DNA of 64,000 nucleotides, from positions 32,001 through 96,000 of the IMG/VR virus record IMGVR_UViG_3300031841_005609; one strand, written 5' to 3'. The position numbers were made by a program, and so were the translations under genes. The stretch comes from a virus. Of this stretch, positions 21,206 to 30,553 are shown piece by piece. Position 1 is the first letter of the stretch. Every line of letters begins with the position of its first letter. A model generated the notes under the pieces. That model made no database searches and was not told the DNA's origin. It was given only the letters and a program-made list of their open reading frames with translations.

Positions 21206-22771
21206 ATGAACAAAAATCTTCAGGTCAAAGAGATAATAAAATGCGGAAAAGATCCGTCTTACTTTCTCAAAAAGTACATAAAGATTCAGCACCCTACTAA
21301 AGGTCTGGTCAACTTTGACACTTATGACTTTCAAGACGAGTGCCTGAAAGATTTCGTAGATCATAGATTCAATATCATCTTGAAGTCCAGGCAGCTAGGT
21401 ATATCTACTTTGTCTGCTGCTTACGCCGTCTGGTTAGCTTATTTCTATAGAGACAAAAACATACTGATCATCGCAACCAAGCTTGCAGTTGCCCAGAACT
21501 TTATCAAAAAAGTAAAAACAGCCCTTAGAGGTCTTCCCGGGTGGATGAACCTCACTGAAGTAGTAGGATCCAACAAGCAGGGCGTAGAGTTTAGTAACGG
21601 TTCTCAAATCAAAGCAGTACCCACTTCAGATGATGCAGGTCGCTCTGAAGCTTTGAGCCTCTTGATAATTGACGAAGCTGCGTTCATTAGAAACTTTGAT
21701 GAACTCTGGATGGGTTTGTATTCTACTCTATCCACAGGCGGTAGATCAATAATTCTTTCCACGCCGAATGGAGTCGGAGACAAGTACCATGAACTCTGCA
21801 CAGACGCTCAGGCAGGAGAGAACGAGTTCAATCTAATCAAGCTTATGTGGGATGTCCACCCAGACAGAGACGAAGAGTGGTTCGCCACTGAGACTCGAAA
21901 CATGAGCAAGAAGCAAATAGCACAAGAGCTTATGTGTGACTTTGCAGCTTCAGGAGATACGTTTTTAAACGCTCCTGACCTTGAAACTCTGGCTCTTAGG
22001 GTAAAGACCCCTATTGAGAGATGGGGCCCTGATATGAATGTCTGGGTCTGGAAGTATTCTCTTACTGAGCACAAATATGTAGTCAGCGCCGATGTGTCAA
22101 GAGGTGACGCCGCCGACTATTCTACTTTTCACGTTTTAGATGTCAATTCAGGTGAGCAGGTAGCTGAATATAAGGGAAAGATTCCGCCTGACCAGTTTGC
22201 TGTTTTGCTAGCAGAGGCCGGAAAGAGGTATAATAATGCCTTAGTTTGTCCAGAAAACAACACGTATGGCTATGCAGTCATAATGAAGCTTGTCGAACTA
22301 GGGTACACAAACCTGTATTACAAGAACGAAAAGGACAAACTTAGTGCCCTCTACACAGGAAACAACCAGATATCTAAGATAGGCTTCTCCACAAACGCCC
22401 AATCGAGAGGACAGATACTTACTAAACTAGAAGAGGTGCTAAGAAACAACTCAGTAGCTTTTTATTCTTCTCGTCTCGTTGACGAATTGAAGACTTTTGT
22501 CTGGAAGGGACAGAAAGCGCAGGCTCAAAAAGGCAAAAATGACGATCTTGTCATGGCAGCTGCAATTGGAACGTGGCTTTTCGATTCAGATCCCAAGGTA
22601 AATTCTCAAACAACGGATCTTAACAAGGCTATGCTTGATGGCTTTGCTGTCAACAGAAGAGAGTACGGTCAAAAGAAAAGTCCGTGGAGCCGATTCGGGT
22701 GGAACAATCCGAATCGAACGTATCCTTCGAAGTCCGGACCTCACGGCGATGATTTTGACTGGATTTTATAG
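21206..22771 (+). CDS. terL: terminase large subunit (T4 gp17-like)
   Basis: KSRQLGIST Walker A, LLIIDEAAF Walker B, STPNG; nuclease motifs SADVSRG and DDLVMA. Confidence 0.95.
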   Translation: MNKNLQVKEIIKCGKDPSYFLKKYIKIQHPTKGLVNFDTYDFQDECLKDFVDHRFNIILKSRQLGISTLSAAYAVWLAYFYRDKNILIIATKLAVAQNFIKKVKTALRGLPGWMNLTEVVGSNKQGVEFSNGSQIKAVPTSDDAGRSEALSLLIIDEAAFIRNFDELWMGLYSTLSTGGRSIILSTPNGVGDKYHELCTDAQAGENEFNLIKLMWDVHPDRDEEWFATETRNMSKKQIAQELMCDFAASGDTFLNAPDLETLALRVKTPIERWGPDMNVWVWKYSLTEHKYVVSADVSRGDAADYSTFHVLDVNSGEQVAEYKGKIPPDQFAVLLAEAGKRYNNALVCPENNTYGYAVIMKLVELGYTNLYYKNEKDKLSALYTGNNQISKIGFSTNAQSRGQILTKLEEVLRNNSVAFYSSRLVDELKTFVWKGQKAQAQKGKNDDLVMAAAIGTWLFDSDPKVNSQTTDLNKAMLDGFAVNRREYGQKKSPWSRFGWNNPNRTYPSKSGPHGDDFDWIL

Positions 22772-22797
22772 TTTAGGTTTGAATCCTTCTGAATACA

Positions 22798-22804
22798 ATA
22801 ATTA
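22798..22804 (+). promoter_or_regulatory. putative late promoter core (ATAATTA)
   Basis: Recurrent motif upstream of portal; SD AGGAG follows. Confidence 0.5.
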
Positions 22805-22826
22805 TGAAGTGCAATAGGAGTGTTTC

Positions 22827-24755
22827 ATGTCTGAGCAGGCAAGTTTATTTACTAGACTAACAAAACTTTTTAGATCAGGCCCCGTTGTAAAAAGAAGAGT
22901 TAGAAACGTTAAGACAGCTGGAGCTTCTACAGCCCTAGAGGTTTTTAAAAGAGCACACAGCGATGTATACAATAGCACGCTAAGTGCTTACGGAGCTTTC
23001 GATAGAATGGCTCGCTATAGCGACTTCAGTGAAATGGAGTCAACTCCAGAAATAGCATCTGCTCTTGACATCTACGCAGAAGAGACCGTTTCTTCCGACG
23101 AAAAAGGACAAGTCCTACACATCTATTCAGAGAACAGAAAGGTTCAAGAAATCCTGGAGAACCTTTTTCACGACGTCCTTAACGTAGAATTCAATTTAGT
23201 AATGTGGGTAAGAAATCTTTGTAAGTACGGAGACTTTTTTCTTTTTAACGACATACATCCTGATTATGGTGTGATCAATGCTTACCCAATATCGATAAGC
23301 GAAATGGAAAGAGAAGAGGGGTTCGACACGAAAGATCCCTCTGCAGTTCGATTCCGATGGGTGACTCAAGGAAATCAAGTTTTAGAAAACTGGCAAGTAT
23401 CACACTTCAGGCTCTTGGGCAACGACGCTTTTCTTCCCTATGGATCCTCCGTGTTAGAGGCCGCCAGAAGAATTTGGAGACAGTTAATCCTCATTGAAGA
23501 TGCCATGCTCGTTTACAGAGTAATTAGAGCTCCGGAAAGAAGAGTATTTTATTTAGATGTAGGTAATGTACCGCCAGAAGATGTTTCGAACTATATCGAA
23601 CAGGCTCAAACAAGCTTAAAAAGAAACCAAGTCGTAGACAAGTCTAACGGACAGGTCGACATAAGATACAACCCGCTTTCTGTAGATGAAGATTACTTCT
23701 TGCCCGTTAGAGGTGGTGAAAGCGGAACGAGAATTGATACTCTTGCTGGCGGCCAAAATACAGCTGCCATAGAAGATGTCGAATACATACAGAAGAAGCT
23801 GTTTGCAGCTCTCAAAATACCCAAAGCTTATCTGGGATATGACGAGGAAGTCGGAGCCAAGGCTACGCTTGCCCAAGAAGATATAAGGTTTAGCAGGTCA
23901 ATCCAGCGGATTCAAAAGACAATATTGTCTGAGCTTAACAAGCTCGCGATGATTCACCTCTATTGTCATGGTTACGAAGGAGAAGATCTCGTTGAGTTTG
24001 ATCTAAGGCTGTCTAATCCCTCATCGATCGCCCAACAACAAAAGCTCGAGCTTATAAGATCTAGATTTGAGATAGCAGGTTCAGCACCTGAAGGATCTGT
24101 CGACAGGTCCTGGATTCAAAAAAATGTTTTAGGTCTTACTGACGAAGAGATAGAAAAAATTCACGAAGGACGTCTCGAAGACAAGCTTAGAGATCTCGAG
24201 GTCGAAGCAGTTCAAGCACCTGAAGCTGAAGGCGCTCCCGCCGGCGAAGCTGGTGATGAAGGCGGAGAAGAACCCGCCGAAGACGAAGGAGAAGATCTCT
24301 TCGCCGGCGATAGAAAAGATGATGAACTTTTGACCGCTTTGCCCGCAAGAAAAGACAAAAAAGAAGAGTCTGAAGATGATGATCACCCTGTCCTTTCTAT
24401 ACAGGATCTAGATGCTCCTGTTAAAGCAGACAGACAGATTCGAAATGCCTTTGGCCAGAAGATAAAAAAGTCTAGAAAGGTAACAGCTGGACCTGGGTCT
24501 ACTCACATGCCGGATTTTGTTAAAATGACTTCAACTGGAAAAGCAGGCAGAAAACAAGACACGATGAACAAACCTTTTGATAACGATTTTCTAAAAGATC
24601 CATTTTCAGAATCAATGTCGAGTTTTTCTCCTCCGAGGCTTACTTATGATTTAGTAAACACTCTTAACTCGATGGGAGACAAAATACAGGTTAAGAGACA
24701 AAAGCTATTGTCAGAAATTGATGAAAAACAAGGAGACCCTAATGGCGAAGCATAA
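22827..24755 (+). CDS. portal protein (T4 gp20-like) with acidic C-terminal extension
   Basis: YGSSVLEAARRIWRQLILIEDAMLVYRVIRAPERRVFYLDVGN; EDYFLPVRGG; IDTLAGG. Confidence 0.95.
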   Translation: MSEQASLFTRLTKLFRSGPVVKRRVRNVKTAGASTALEVFKRAHSDVYNSTLSAYGAFDRMARYSDFSEMESTPEIASALDIYAEETVSSDEKGQVLHIYSENRKVQEILENLFHDVLNVEFNLVMWVRNLCKYGDFFLFNDIHPDYGVINAYPISISEMEREEGFDTKDPSAVRFRWVTQGNQVLENWQVSHFRLLGNDAFLPYGSSVLEAARRIWRQLILIEDAMLVYRVIRAPERRVFYLDVGNVPPEDVSNYIEQAQTSLKRNQVVDKSNGQVDIRYNPLSVDEDYFLPVRGGESGTRIDTLAGGQNTAAIEDVEYIQKKLFAALKIPKAYLGYDEEVGAKATLAQEDIRFSRSIQRIQKTILSELNKLAMIHLYCHGYEGEDLVEFDLRLSNPSSIAQQQKLELIRSRFEIAGSAPEGSVDRSWIQKNVLGLTDEEIEKIHEGRLEDKLRDLEVEAVQAPEAEGAPAGEAGDEGGEEPAEDEGEDLFAGDRKDDELLTALPARKDKKEESEDDDHPVLSIQDLDAPVKADRQIRNAFGQKIKKSRKVTAGPGSTHMPDFVKMTSTGKAGRKQDTMNKPFDNDFLKDPFSESMSSFSPPRLTYDLVNTLNSMGDKIQVKRQKLLSEIDEKQGDPNGEA

Positions 24756-25563
24756 CAAGAAGCGCAACGTCGGTCTACTACATGAACAGCTTATTAGGCA
24801 TGCTAGTAGAATGACAGTCGAGGGCAGTGTCGAAAAAGCTCAAGATGCAGTCGACATTGTGACTAGGCATTTTAAAAGAGGATCTGAGACCCTGAGAGAA
24901 TTCAGGCTTTTTAGCTCTCTTATCCACACTAAGGTTGATTCCAAAGACCTTGCTCAAAGAATCGTTGCTGAAAGCAGAAGAGCATGCATGGATCATGACT
25001 CCGAAAAGCTCCGAAGAGAAAAATCTTTGCTCATAAAAGATATCAATCATCTTTTGAACGAGGAGAGCTTTTACGATCAAAGGATTCCGACCTATAGAAT
25101 ATTCGCAACAGTTCAGGCTCTACTCAATGAGTGGCGAGGAGCATCAAGACTCACACCTGCCGAAATTGTAAAGTATGAATCACGGTTGGTTGATCACTTG
25201 ACTCGGCAGGAAGCTGAGAATGAACTCCAGAGATCAGAAAACGCCGATCCTTTAGTACTAAACATAATGATCGAGAAGTTCAACAAGAAGTATGGAAAGA
25301 CACTCTCAGAAGATCAAAGAAAGATTCTTGAGCTCAGGCTTATGAACAAAAACGAAGAAGCTGTTGTTTTGATGGAGTCTGTCAAGAAAAAGACGCTAGC
25401 ATCAATCGATCGATTCTATGAATCTCTTGAAAACGAATATCTTGGAAAGAAAAGAGATGTTCTCGTTGAGAGAGTTACAAATTTTCAGCCAGACGAAACA
25501 GATGAATCAGTGGCAAAAGCTCTTTCTCTGGCAAATCTTTTATCAGAACTGGAGGCGGAATAA
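24742..25563 (+). CDS. conserved head-morphogenesis region protein
   Basis: KHNKKRNVGLL N-terminus, FNKKY..LSEDQ motif; start reassigned to ATG 24742 after SD AAGGAG. Confidence 0.65.
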   Translation: MAKHNKKRNVGLLHEQLIRHASRMTVEGSVEKAQDAVDIVTRHFKRGSETLREFRLFSSLIHTKVDSKDLAQRIVAESRRACMDHDSEKLRREKSLLIKDINHLLNEESFYDQRIPTYRIFATVQALLNEWRGASRLTPAEIVKYESRLVDHLTRQEAENELQRSENADPLVLNIMIEKFNKKYGKTLSEDQRKILELRLMNKNEEAVVLMESVKKKTLASIDRFYESLENEYLGKKRDVLVERVTNFQPDETDESVAKALSLANLLSELEAE

Positions 25564-26174
25564 TGGGCGACAGAAAACTACTGACAGAATGGTTGGCATT
25601 TGATTACTCTCCTGAGATGATCAAAGAGTCAAGAGAGGCCAATGGCGGGAAACTAATGATGAAAGGTATTTTGCAAAAAGCAGATACTCTTAATCAGAAC
25701 GGAAGAATCTATCCCATTGAAATACTTGACAGAGAAGTGAGAAACTACCAGAAGTTTATTAAGGAAAATCGCGCTCTTGGAGAATGTGATCATCCCGACA
25801 GCTCTGTGGTCGAACTTAAGAACGCATCACACATCGTTCGAGAAGCTTACATGAATGATGGTGTATGTTACGGAGTTGTGGAACTGCTGGATACACCAAG
25901 CGGAAAGATATTACAAAGTCTGGTAGAATCAGGCGTAACTTTGGGAATCTCATCAAGAGGCGTTGGATCAACTCGCCGTGAAGGTGATTACGATGTGGTT
26001 CAAGACGATTTTCAATTGATTTGCTGGGATTTCGTTTCAGAACCTTCTACACCAGGCGCCTTCATGATGAAAGAAGGAAAAGATTTTACGCGCGAAGATC
26101 TGAACAGACACTTTACTAAAACCGATAGAGTTGATAGGTTGGTCAACGATATCATTTCTTGGGAGAATGACTAA
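25563..26174 (+). CDS. prohead core protease (T4 gp21-like)
   Basis: NQNGRIYP, ALGECDHP, GISSRGVGS and DFVSEPS motifs. Confidence 0.92.
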   Translation: MGDRKLLTEWLAFDYSPEMIKESREANGGKLMMKGILQKADTLNQNGRIYPIEILDREVRNYQKFIKENRALGECDHPDSSVVELKNASHIVREAYMNDGVCYGVVELLDTPSGKILQSLVESGVTLGISSRGVGSTRREGDYDVVQDDFQLICWDFVSEPSTPGAFMMKEGKDFTREDLNRHFTKTDRVDRLVNDIISWEND

Positions 26175-26530
26175 TGGGACATTGGGTAGGACCAGGTATC
26201 GGAGATGTGGGATCTTATCAGGTCTCAGGAACTCCTTTTGTTTTTAATGCAACACAGAATCAGACCAAAACAGCAACTTTAGACTATGTGACGTCAGAGA
26301 TACAAGTCAATGTAGTTGGCACTGGTAACACAATATCTTTTGGAGATGCCGATACAACTACGTACACTTTACCTGCAGGTCTTTCTACCTTTCGTGTTAG
26401 GTGTAAGTCAATTCAAGTTATAGTTGCTAACACTTTGAACAACACAGTTTCTGTTTGTGCTTCTCTAACAGGCATCGAAGCAAAACACCTTGACCAGCAT
26501 GATCAGGACGATTACGGAACAGTCGCGTAA
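26174..26530 (+). CDS. small beta-rich head-region protein
   Basis: 118-aa coupled ORF, G..GSYQVSGTPF N-terminus. Confidence 0.6.
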   Translation: MGHWVGPGIGDVGSYQVSGTPFVFNATQNQTKTATLDYVTSEIQVNVVGTGNTISFGDADTTTYTLPAGLSTFRVRCKSIQVIVANTLNNTVSVCASLTGIEAKHLDQHDQDDYGTVA

Positions 26531-26539
26531 GGATAGAAA

Positions 26540-26968
26540 ATGGCTAAGTTAACCAAAACTGCACTTAAGTCTCTTGTGAAGGAATGTTTGGTCGAGATTC
26601 TCGCTGAAGGAATCGGGTCAACAGCAACTTTGCAAGAAGGTGTGAAAAAATCATCTGTAAGCGTTGAAGCAAGAAGACGAGCAGAAGAGAAAAGATTGGA
26701 ACAACATCGGAAAAAATTTGAAGTAAAAGTTGACAACACTGTCTCCGACCTAACAGATGATCCGATCATGCAGTCTATTTTTGCTGAGACAGCTAAAACC
26801 ACACTCCAAGAGCAGATGCAGCACGATTCAAGACCGGGAGCCACCACAGCTCAGCCAACCCCGGAAATGATGTCTGGCAAAGCATCAGGGATAGATCTTG
26901 GTAATATATTTGACGGAGCTTCTTCAAATTGGTCTGAGCTTGCTTTCGCAGAAAAGAAAGCTCGATAA
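26540..26968 (+). CDS. putative internal head protein
   Basis: N-terminal LKSLVKECLVEILAEG propeptide-like motif. Confidence 0.6.
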   Translation: MAKLTKTALKSLVKECLVEILAEGIGSTATLQEGVKKSSVSVEARRRAEEKRLEQHRKKFEVKVDNTVSDLTDDPIMQSIFAETAKTTLQEQMQHDSRPGATTAQPTPEMMSGKASGIDLGNIFDGASSNWSELAFAEKKAR

Positions 26969-27030
26969 CTGAGTTAACGAATACCTATAGAATAGAGAGG
27001 CATCTCTCTAAAAGTCTAGGAGAAAACAAG

Positions 27031-27318
27031 ATGGCAAAAAGAGTAAGAAAGCTCACAGCGGAATCCCTCAGAAGAATGATTCAGCAAGAAGCTCGTAAGC
27101 TTCAAAAAGAATCATCAGATCCTTTCGCTGCCGGAGTTGAGAAAATAGAAAAGGTTTCAGCAGAAGAAGTTGATGCTGATGAGATCGCTGGATCTCTTGA
27201 AAAAGATATCGATTATGTCAAGGCTCTTAAGATTCATGAGAAAAGATTGACCGATAAGCTTAAGAAGATTCAAGAAGCTAAAAACCTTCTTTCAAAAAGA
27301 ATTTCTAAAAACATATAA
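27031..27318 (+). CDS. putative internal head/prohead core protein
   Basis: LRRMIQQEARKLQKES N-terminus; SD AGGAG; preceded by ATACCTA (26981) and hairpin TAGAGAG/CTCTCTA. Confidence 0.6.
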   Translation: MAKRVRKLTAESLRRMIQQEARKLQKESSDPFAAGVEKIEKVSAEEVDADEIAGSLEKDIDYVKALKIHEKRLTDKLKKIQEAKNLLSKRISKNI

Positions 27319-27334
27319 GTTCGAGGAGTAGAAA

Positions 27335-27808
27335 ATGCCAACACACAAGCAAGGAACAGTAAGCCCACCGATAACTGAAAGAGGTTTGGGAAAAGCCGGC
27401 TCAAACGATCACTCTGCGATGTTCGGCACTAGTCCAATTCACTCCGGTGAAATGACTCCTGAATCAATAGCTCAGCAATACCAGCAAGAGATTCTGGACG
27501 GCACAATTAATGACGGCGGTCACACTTTCGGAACCTATGATCCAAATTATCCAGATGCTCCTAACATGGATGATGTTGAGACAGGCGGAGGAGGTCTTCC
27601 GGCCAGCCCATACGTTCCAAACCCTGTGTCCCCCGGGGAGGGATCTGTCGATCCTTCTGATCAAGCTGAGGCTCCTGACGGTTTCGGTGAAACTCCAAGC
27701 GCCACACCCTTCGTAGGTGTAGGATCTCAGCTCTCACCAAAAGCATCTTCAGAGGCTATTGCAAGACAGACTCTTGGAGACTACGGCTTAGGCAAGAGCT
27801 CCAACTAA
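27335..27808 (+). CDS. Pro/Gly/Ser-rich head-region protein, paralog A
   Basis: SD GAGGAG; aligns by eye with the 27820 product (MPT start, SPxH, APxx, PFxGxGS, GKSS end). Confidence 0.65.
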   Translation: MPTHKQGTVSPPITERGLGKAGSNDHSAMFGTSPIHSGEMTPESIAQQYQQEILDGTINDGGHTFGTYDPNYPDAPNMDDVETGGGGLPASPYVPNPVSPGEGSVDPSDQAEAPDGFGETPSATPFVGVGSQLSPKASSEAIARQTLGDYGLGKSSN

Positions 27809-27819
27809 AAGAGAGATAA

Positions 27820-28323
27820 ATGCCCACAGGAAACCAAAACGTTCTTGAGAATGAATTTCCAAACTACGGAAAGACTGGCATTCATTCGAGATCAAATCAA
27901 GAACGTTTGGCTTCTGCTTTCCCCGACAGCCCTGTACACGACCCGTCTGTTACTTCTTCAACCATAAGAGAATACTACTTTTATGAAGTTCTCTCCGGAG
28001 AATACGATCCTGACTCTGGTTTTACTCAAAGCAATTACGACTACTCAGAGGCTCCCGAAATTCCTAATACAACGGCTCCTGATGGCGAATCATCTCCCGG
28101 AAATCCAGGGTCTACAATAGTCTCCTCCGGAAAAGGTCCGAATGTAGCTACTCTCAATAGAAACAATTTACAAACCAATACCTCTCCGATGGTTGAGATA
28201 GAAAACGCTTCTGAGCCTCCCTTTTCAGGTCTTGGTTCTGGAGAAGATCCGAGCGAAACATCTTCTAGAATATCTTCACAAAATTTTGTCACGGGCTTAC
28301 CGATGGGCAAATCATCTGAGTAG
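27820..28323 (+). CDS. Pro/Gly/Ser-rich head-region protein, paralog B
   Basis: Shares motifs with the 27335 product. Confidence 0.65.
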   Translation: MPTGNQNVLENEFPNYGKTGIHSRSNQERLASAFPDSPVHDPSVTSSTIREYYFYEVLSGEYDPDSGFTQSNYDYSEAPEIPNTTAPDGESSPGNPGSTIVSSGKGPNVATLNRNNLQTNTSPMVEIENASEPPFSGLGSGEDPSETSSRISSQNFVTGLPMGKSSE

Positions 28324-28326
28324 CCC

Positions 28327-28914
28327 ATGCCTTCTACGAAAATACCAAAGTCAGTAGGTGAACCTTCTATATCACGGCATGATTCAAGATCAGATCTAGG
28401 GTATGGTAGAATATCAAATAAATTTCACAAGCCCAGAAAAGAGTCTGGAACATTTCCTTACCTAGTAGACCAATACTCAGAAATAGACTGGGAAGACGAA
28501 GAAACTCACGCCGCTATTGAAAAAAAGATTCAGAAGCATCAAAGGTCAGATCCTTTCATGAAGAAGTCAACAAGTCCTTTTTACTTTGCTGCTGGAAATA
28601 CTAAACTTTCTGATTGTTTCCAAAGAACAGAAGAAGTCTTGGAAGAAATTCACTCTCTTGGAGATTCAATGTCCCCGATTCCTCATTTGACAAAAAAGAG
28701 AAGAGAGATGTCAGGTGGCTCCAGTGTCCATTCAGGCGGAATTAGCAGCTCAAGCGCCAAAAGAACCGGTTCTGAAAAGGGATATGCGTCAGCTCCTCCT
28801 GATATAAAATATGACAAAAATGACAACGATCATAACGAAGTAATATTTAATCTAGAAGACCTCGTCAAAAAATTGCAATTAAAGACTGGGAATTTTAGGT
28901 ACCGAAAAACATAG
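28327..28914 (+). CDS. hypothetical head-region protein
   Basis: 195-aa ORF in the head operon. Confidence 0.6.
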   Translation: MPSTKIPKSVGEPSISRHDSRSDLGYGRISNKFHKPRKESGTFPYLVDQYSEIDWEDEETHAAIEKKIQKHQRSDPFMKKSTSPFYFAAGNTKLSDCFQRTEEVLEEIHSLGDSMSPIPHLTKKRREMSGGSSVHSGGISSSSAKRTGSEKGYASAPPDIKYDKNDNDHNEVIFNLEDLVKKLQLKTGNFRYRKT

Positions 28915-28917
28915 TTA
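28911..28917 (+). promoter_or_regulatory. putative late promoter core (ATAGTTA)
   Basis: Recurrent motif upstream of the scaffold gene. Confidence 0.45.
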
Positions 28918-28939
28918 ACGACAGACAAGGTGATCATAG

Positions 28940-30544
28940 ATGAGCAAAACGTTGTTTGAAGAGGCGGTCGCAGACGCCAATAAACTTAGAGAGCTAGCTG
29001 AAGAAACCGCTAAAAATAAAGTGGTCGAAGCAGTCATGCCTCAAATTAGAGACATGATAAATAAAAAGATCTTAGGTGAAGACCTCGACGTTGAGCAAGA
29101 TATCGATGATCTAGATCTTTCTCTAGAGCCTGAGCCTGAAGCAGATGCTTCTGAGCCTGTAAAGGTAGGGTTAGACACTGGGGGCGAAGGATCTGCTGTT
29201 AGCATCAACGTAGATGGTGACGTTGAGATTGATCTCGAAGTAGATGCAGGTGAAAAAGAGGAAGAATTAGTTATGGATCAAGCCATGGCTGAAGCTTTGA
29301 CTCGTCTCATTAGAGGTGAGGCCTCTGAAAAGTCCGAACTGGAAGTTAAAATTGACAAACTTTCCGAAAACGTAAACAAACTTGCAAGCGTTTTAAAAAT
29401 AGTTAAAAGATCAGATTTAAATGAAAGTCAAGTTAGCAGACTTAAAATAAGCTATCTTTATTGTCTTAGAGAGGCGATAAAATTAAAATCAGGGATAATA
29501 CTTACAGAAGATACGACTCAAGAGAGGCTTGAGCGAAGACTGACAGAAACAATTAAGGAGATAAGGAACATGTCGAAGTCAAATCGTCGCAATATTTTCG
29601 ACTTCCTCTTCGAAGGTGAAGATGAGAAGAAGAAAATGGAGGAACTCGAAGAGGCCGAGCTTTCCCTTGAGCTTTCGGCCGATGAACAAGAAGAGCTCGC
29701 AGATGCAGAGGATGCAGATGCAGTTGGTGATGCCTTAGAAGATATCTTAGGGGATATTGAACTTTCTTTAGGTGGTGGCGAAGAAGAAGCTGCTGAAGAA
29801 GAAGAAGGCGAAGAAGAAGGTGAAGAAGAAGCTGAAGACGAGGAAGTCGAAGTAGCTGAAGACGAAGACCTTGAGGAAGCCGATCACATGGAAGGCGCTT
29901 ACATGGATGAGGGCGAAGACATGGATGAAGTTTACGAAATAGACGAGAACATGTTGAGAGCTGAGCTTTCTAAGATGCTCAACGAAGACGATGCAGTTGA
30001 TGCTGATCCTGCACTCGCTCACGGTGGCGAAGAAATAGGCGATGTTCTTCTTGATGTTTCCGAAGACGATTTGATTAACGCTCTTGCTGATGAGCTTGGG
30101 TCTGTTGCTGATAACGGAGCTGCAGCACCTGCAGTTGCAGAAGGTAGACAGATGAGAAAGCTTCGAAGAGCTCTTAAGGAATCTCAAAATCAGAACGCTC
30201 AGTACAAGAGAGCAGTAACAGAGCTTAAGGGGCAACTTGTTGAAATGAATCTTTTCAACGCAAAGCTTCTTTATGCCAACAAGCTGATGCAGAATAAGGA
30301 CCTTTCAATGAAGCAGCAAAAGGCTATCGTTGAGGCACTTGATAACGCACAGACACTTCGAGAGGCGAAGCTTCTTTTCAAGAGCTTGACTGAATCTCTC
30401 AACAGAAGATCTAAGAAGACTATGAACGAAGGTTCTTTGCGAACAAGCGGTTCATCTTCTAGAACTACTCGATCTTCTGCACCTAAGAACACTAACAATG
30501 CCGAAGCGGATCGATGGGCGATCCTCGCTGGCTTAGCTAAATAA
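28940..30544 (+). CDS. prohead scaffolding protein (gp22-like role)
   Basis: Immediately before the MCP; very acidic middle, coiled coil, EMNLFNAKLLYANKL motif, C-terminal DRWAILAGL. Confidence 0.8.
   Translation: MSKTLFEEAVADANKLRELAEETAKNKVVEAVMPQIRDMINKKILGEDLDVEQDIDDLDLSLEPEPEADASEPVKVGLDTGGEGSAVSINVDGDVEIDLEVDAGEKEEELVMDQAMAEALTRLIRGEASEKSELEVKIDKLSENVNKLASVLKIVKRSDLNESQVSRLKISYLYCLREAIKLKSGIILTEDTTQERLERRLTETIKEIRNMSKSNRRNIFDFLFEGEDEKKKMEELEEAELSLELSADEQEELADAEDADAVGDALEDILGDIELSLGGGEEEAAEEEEGEEEGEEEAEDEEVEVAEDEDLEEADHMEGAYMDEGEDMDEVYEIDENMLRAELSKMLNEDDAVDADPALAHGGEEIGDVLLDVSEDDLINALADELGSVADNGAAAPAVAEGRQMRKLRRALKESQNQNAQYKRAVTELKGQLVEMNLFNAKLLYANKLMQNKDLSMKQQKAIVEALDNAQTLREAKLLFKSLTESLNRRSKKTMNEGSLRTSGSSSRTTRSSAPKNTNNAEADRWAILAGLAK
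29498..29572 (+). promoter_or_regulatory. internal late-promoter motif, SD and in-frame ATG inside the scaffold gene
   Basis: ATACTTA 29498; AAGGAG 29555; ATG 29570 in frame (codon 211). Confidence 0.55.
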
Positions 30545-30553
30545 GGAGAAAAA

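Noticed and set aside
29770-29880. GAA-rich tandem repeat
   Set aside because: Simply encodes the poly-Glu tract of the scaffold.
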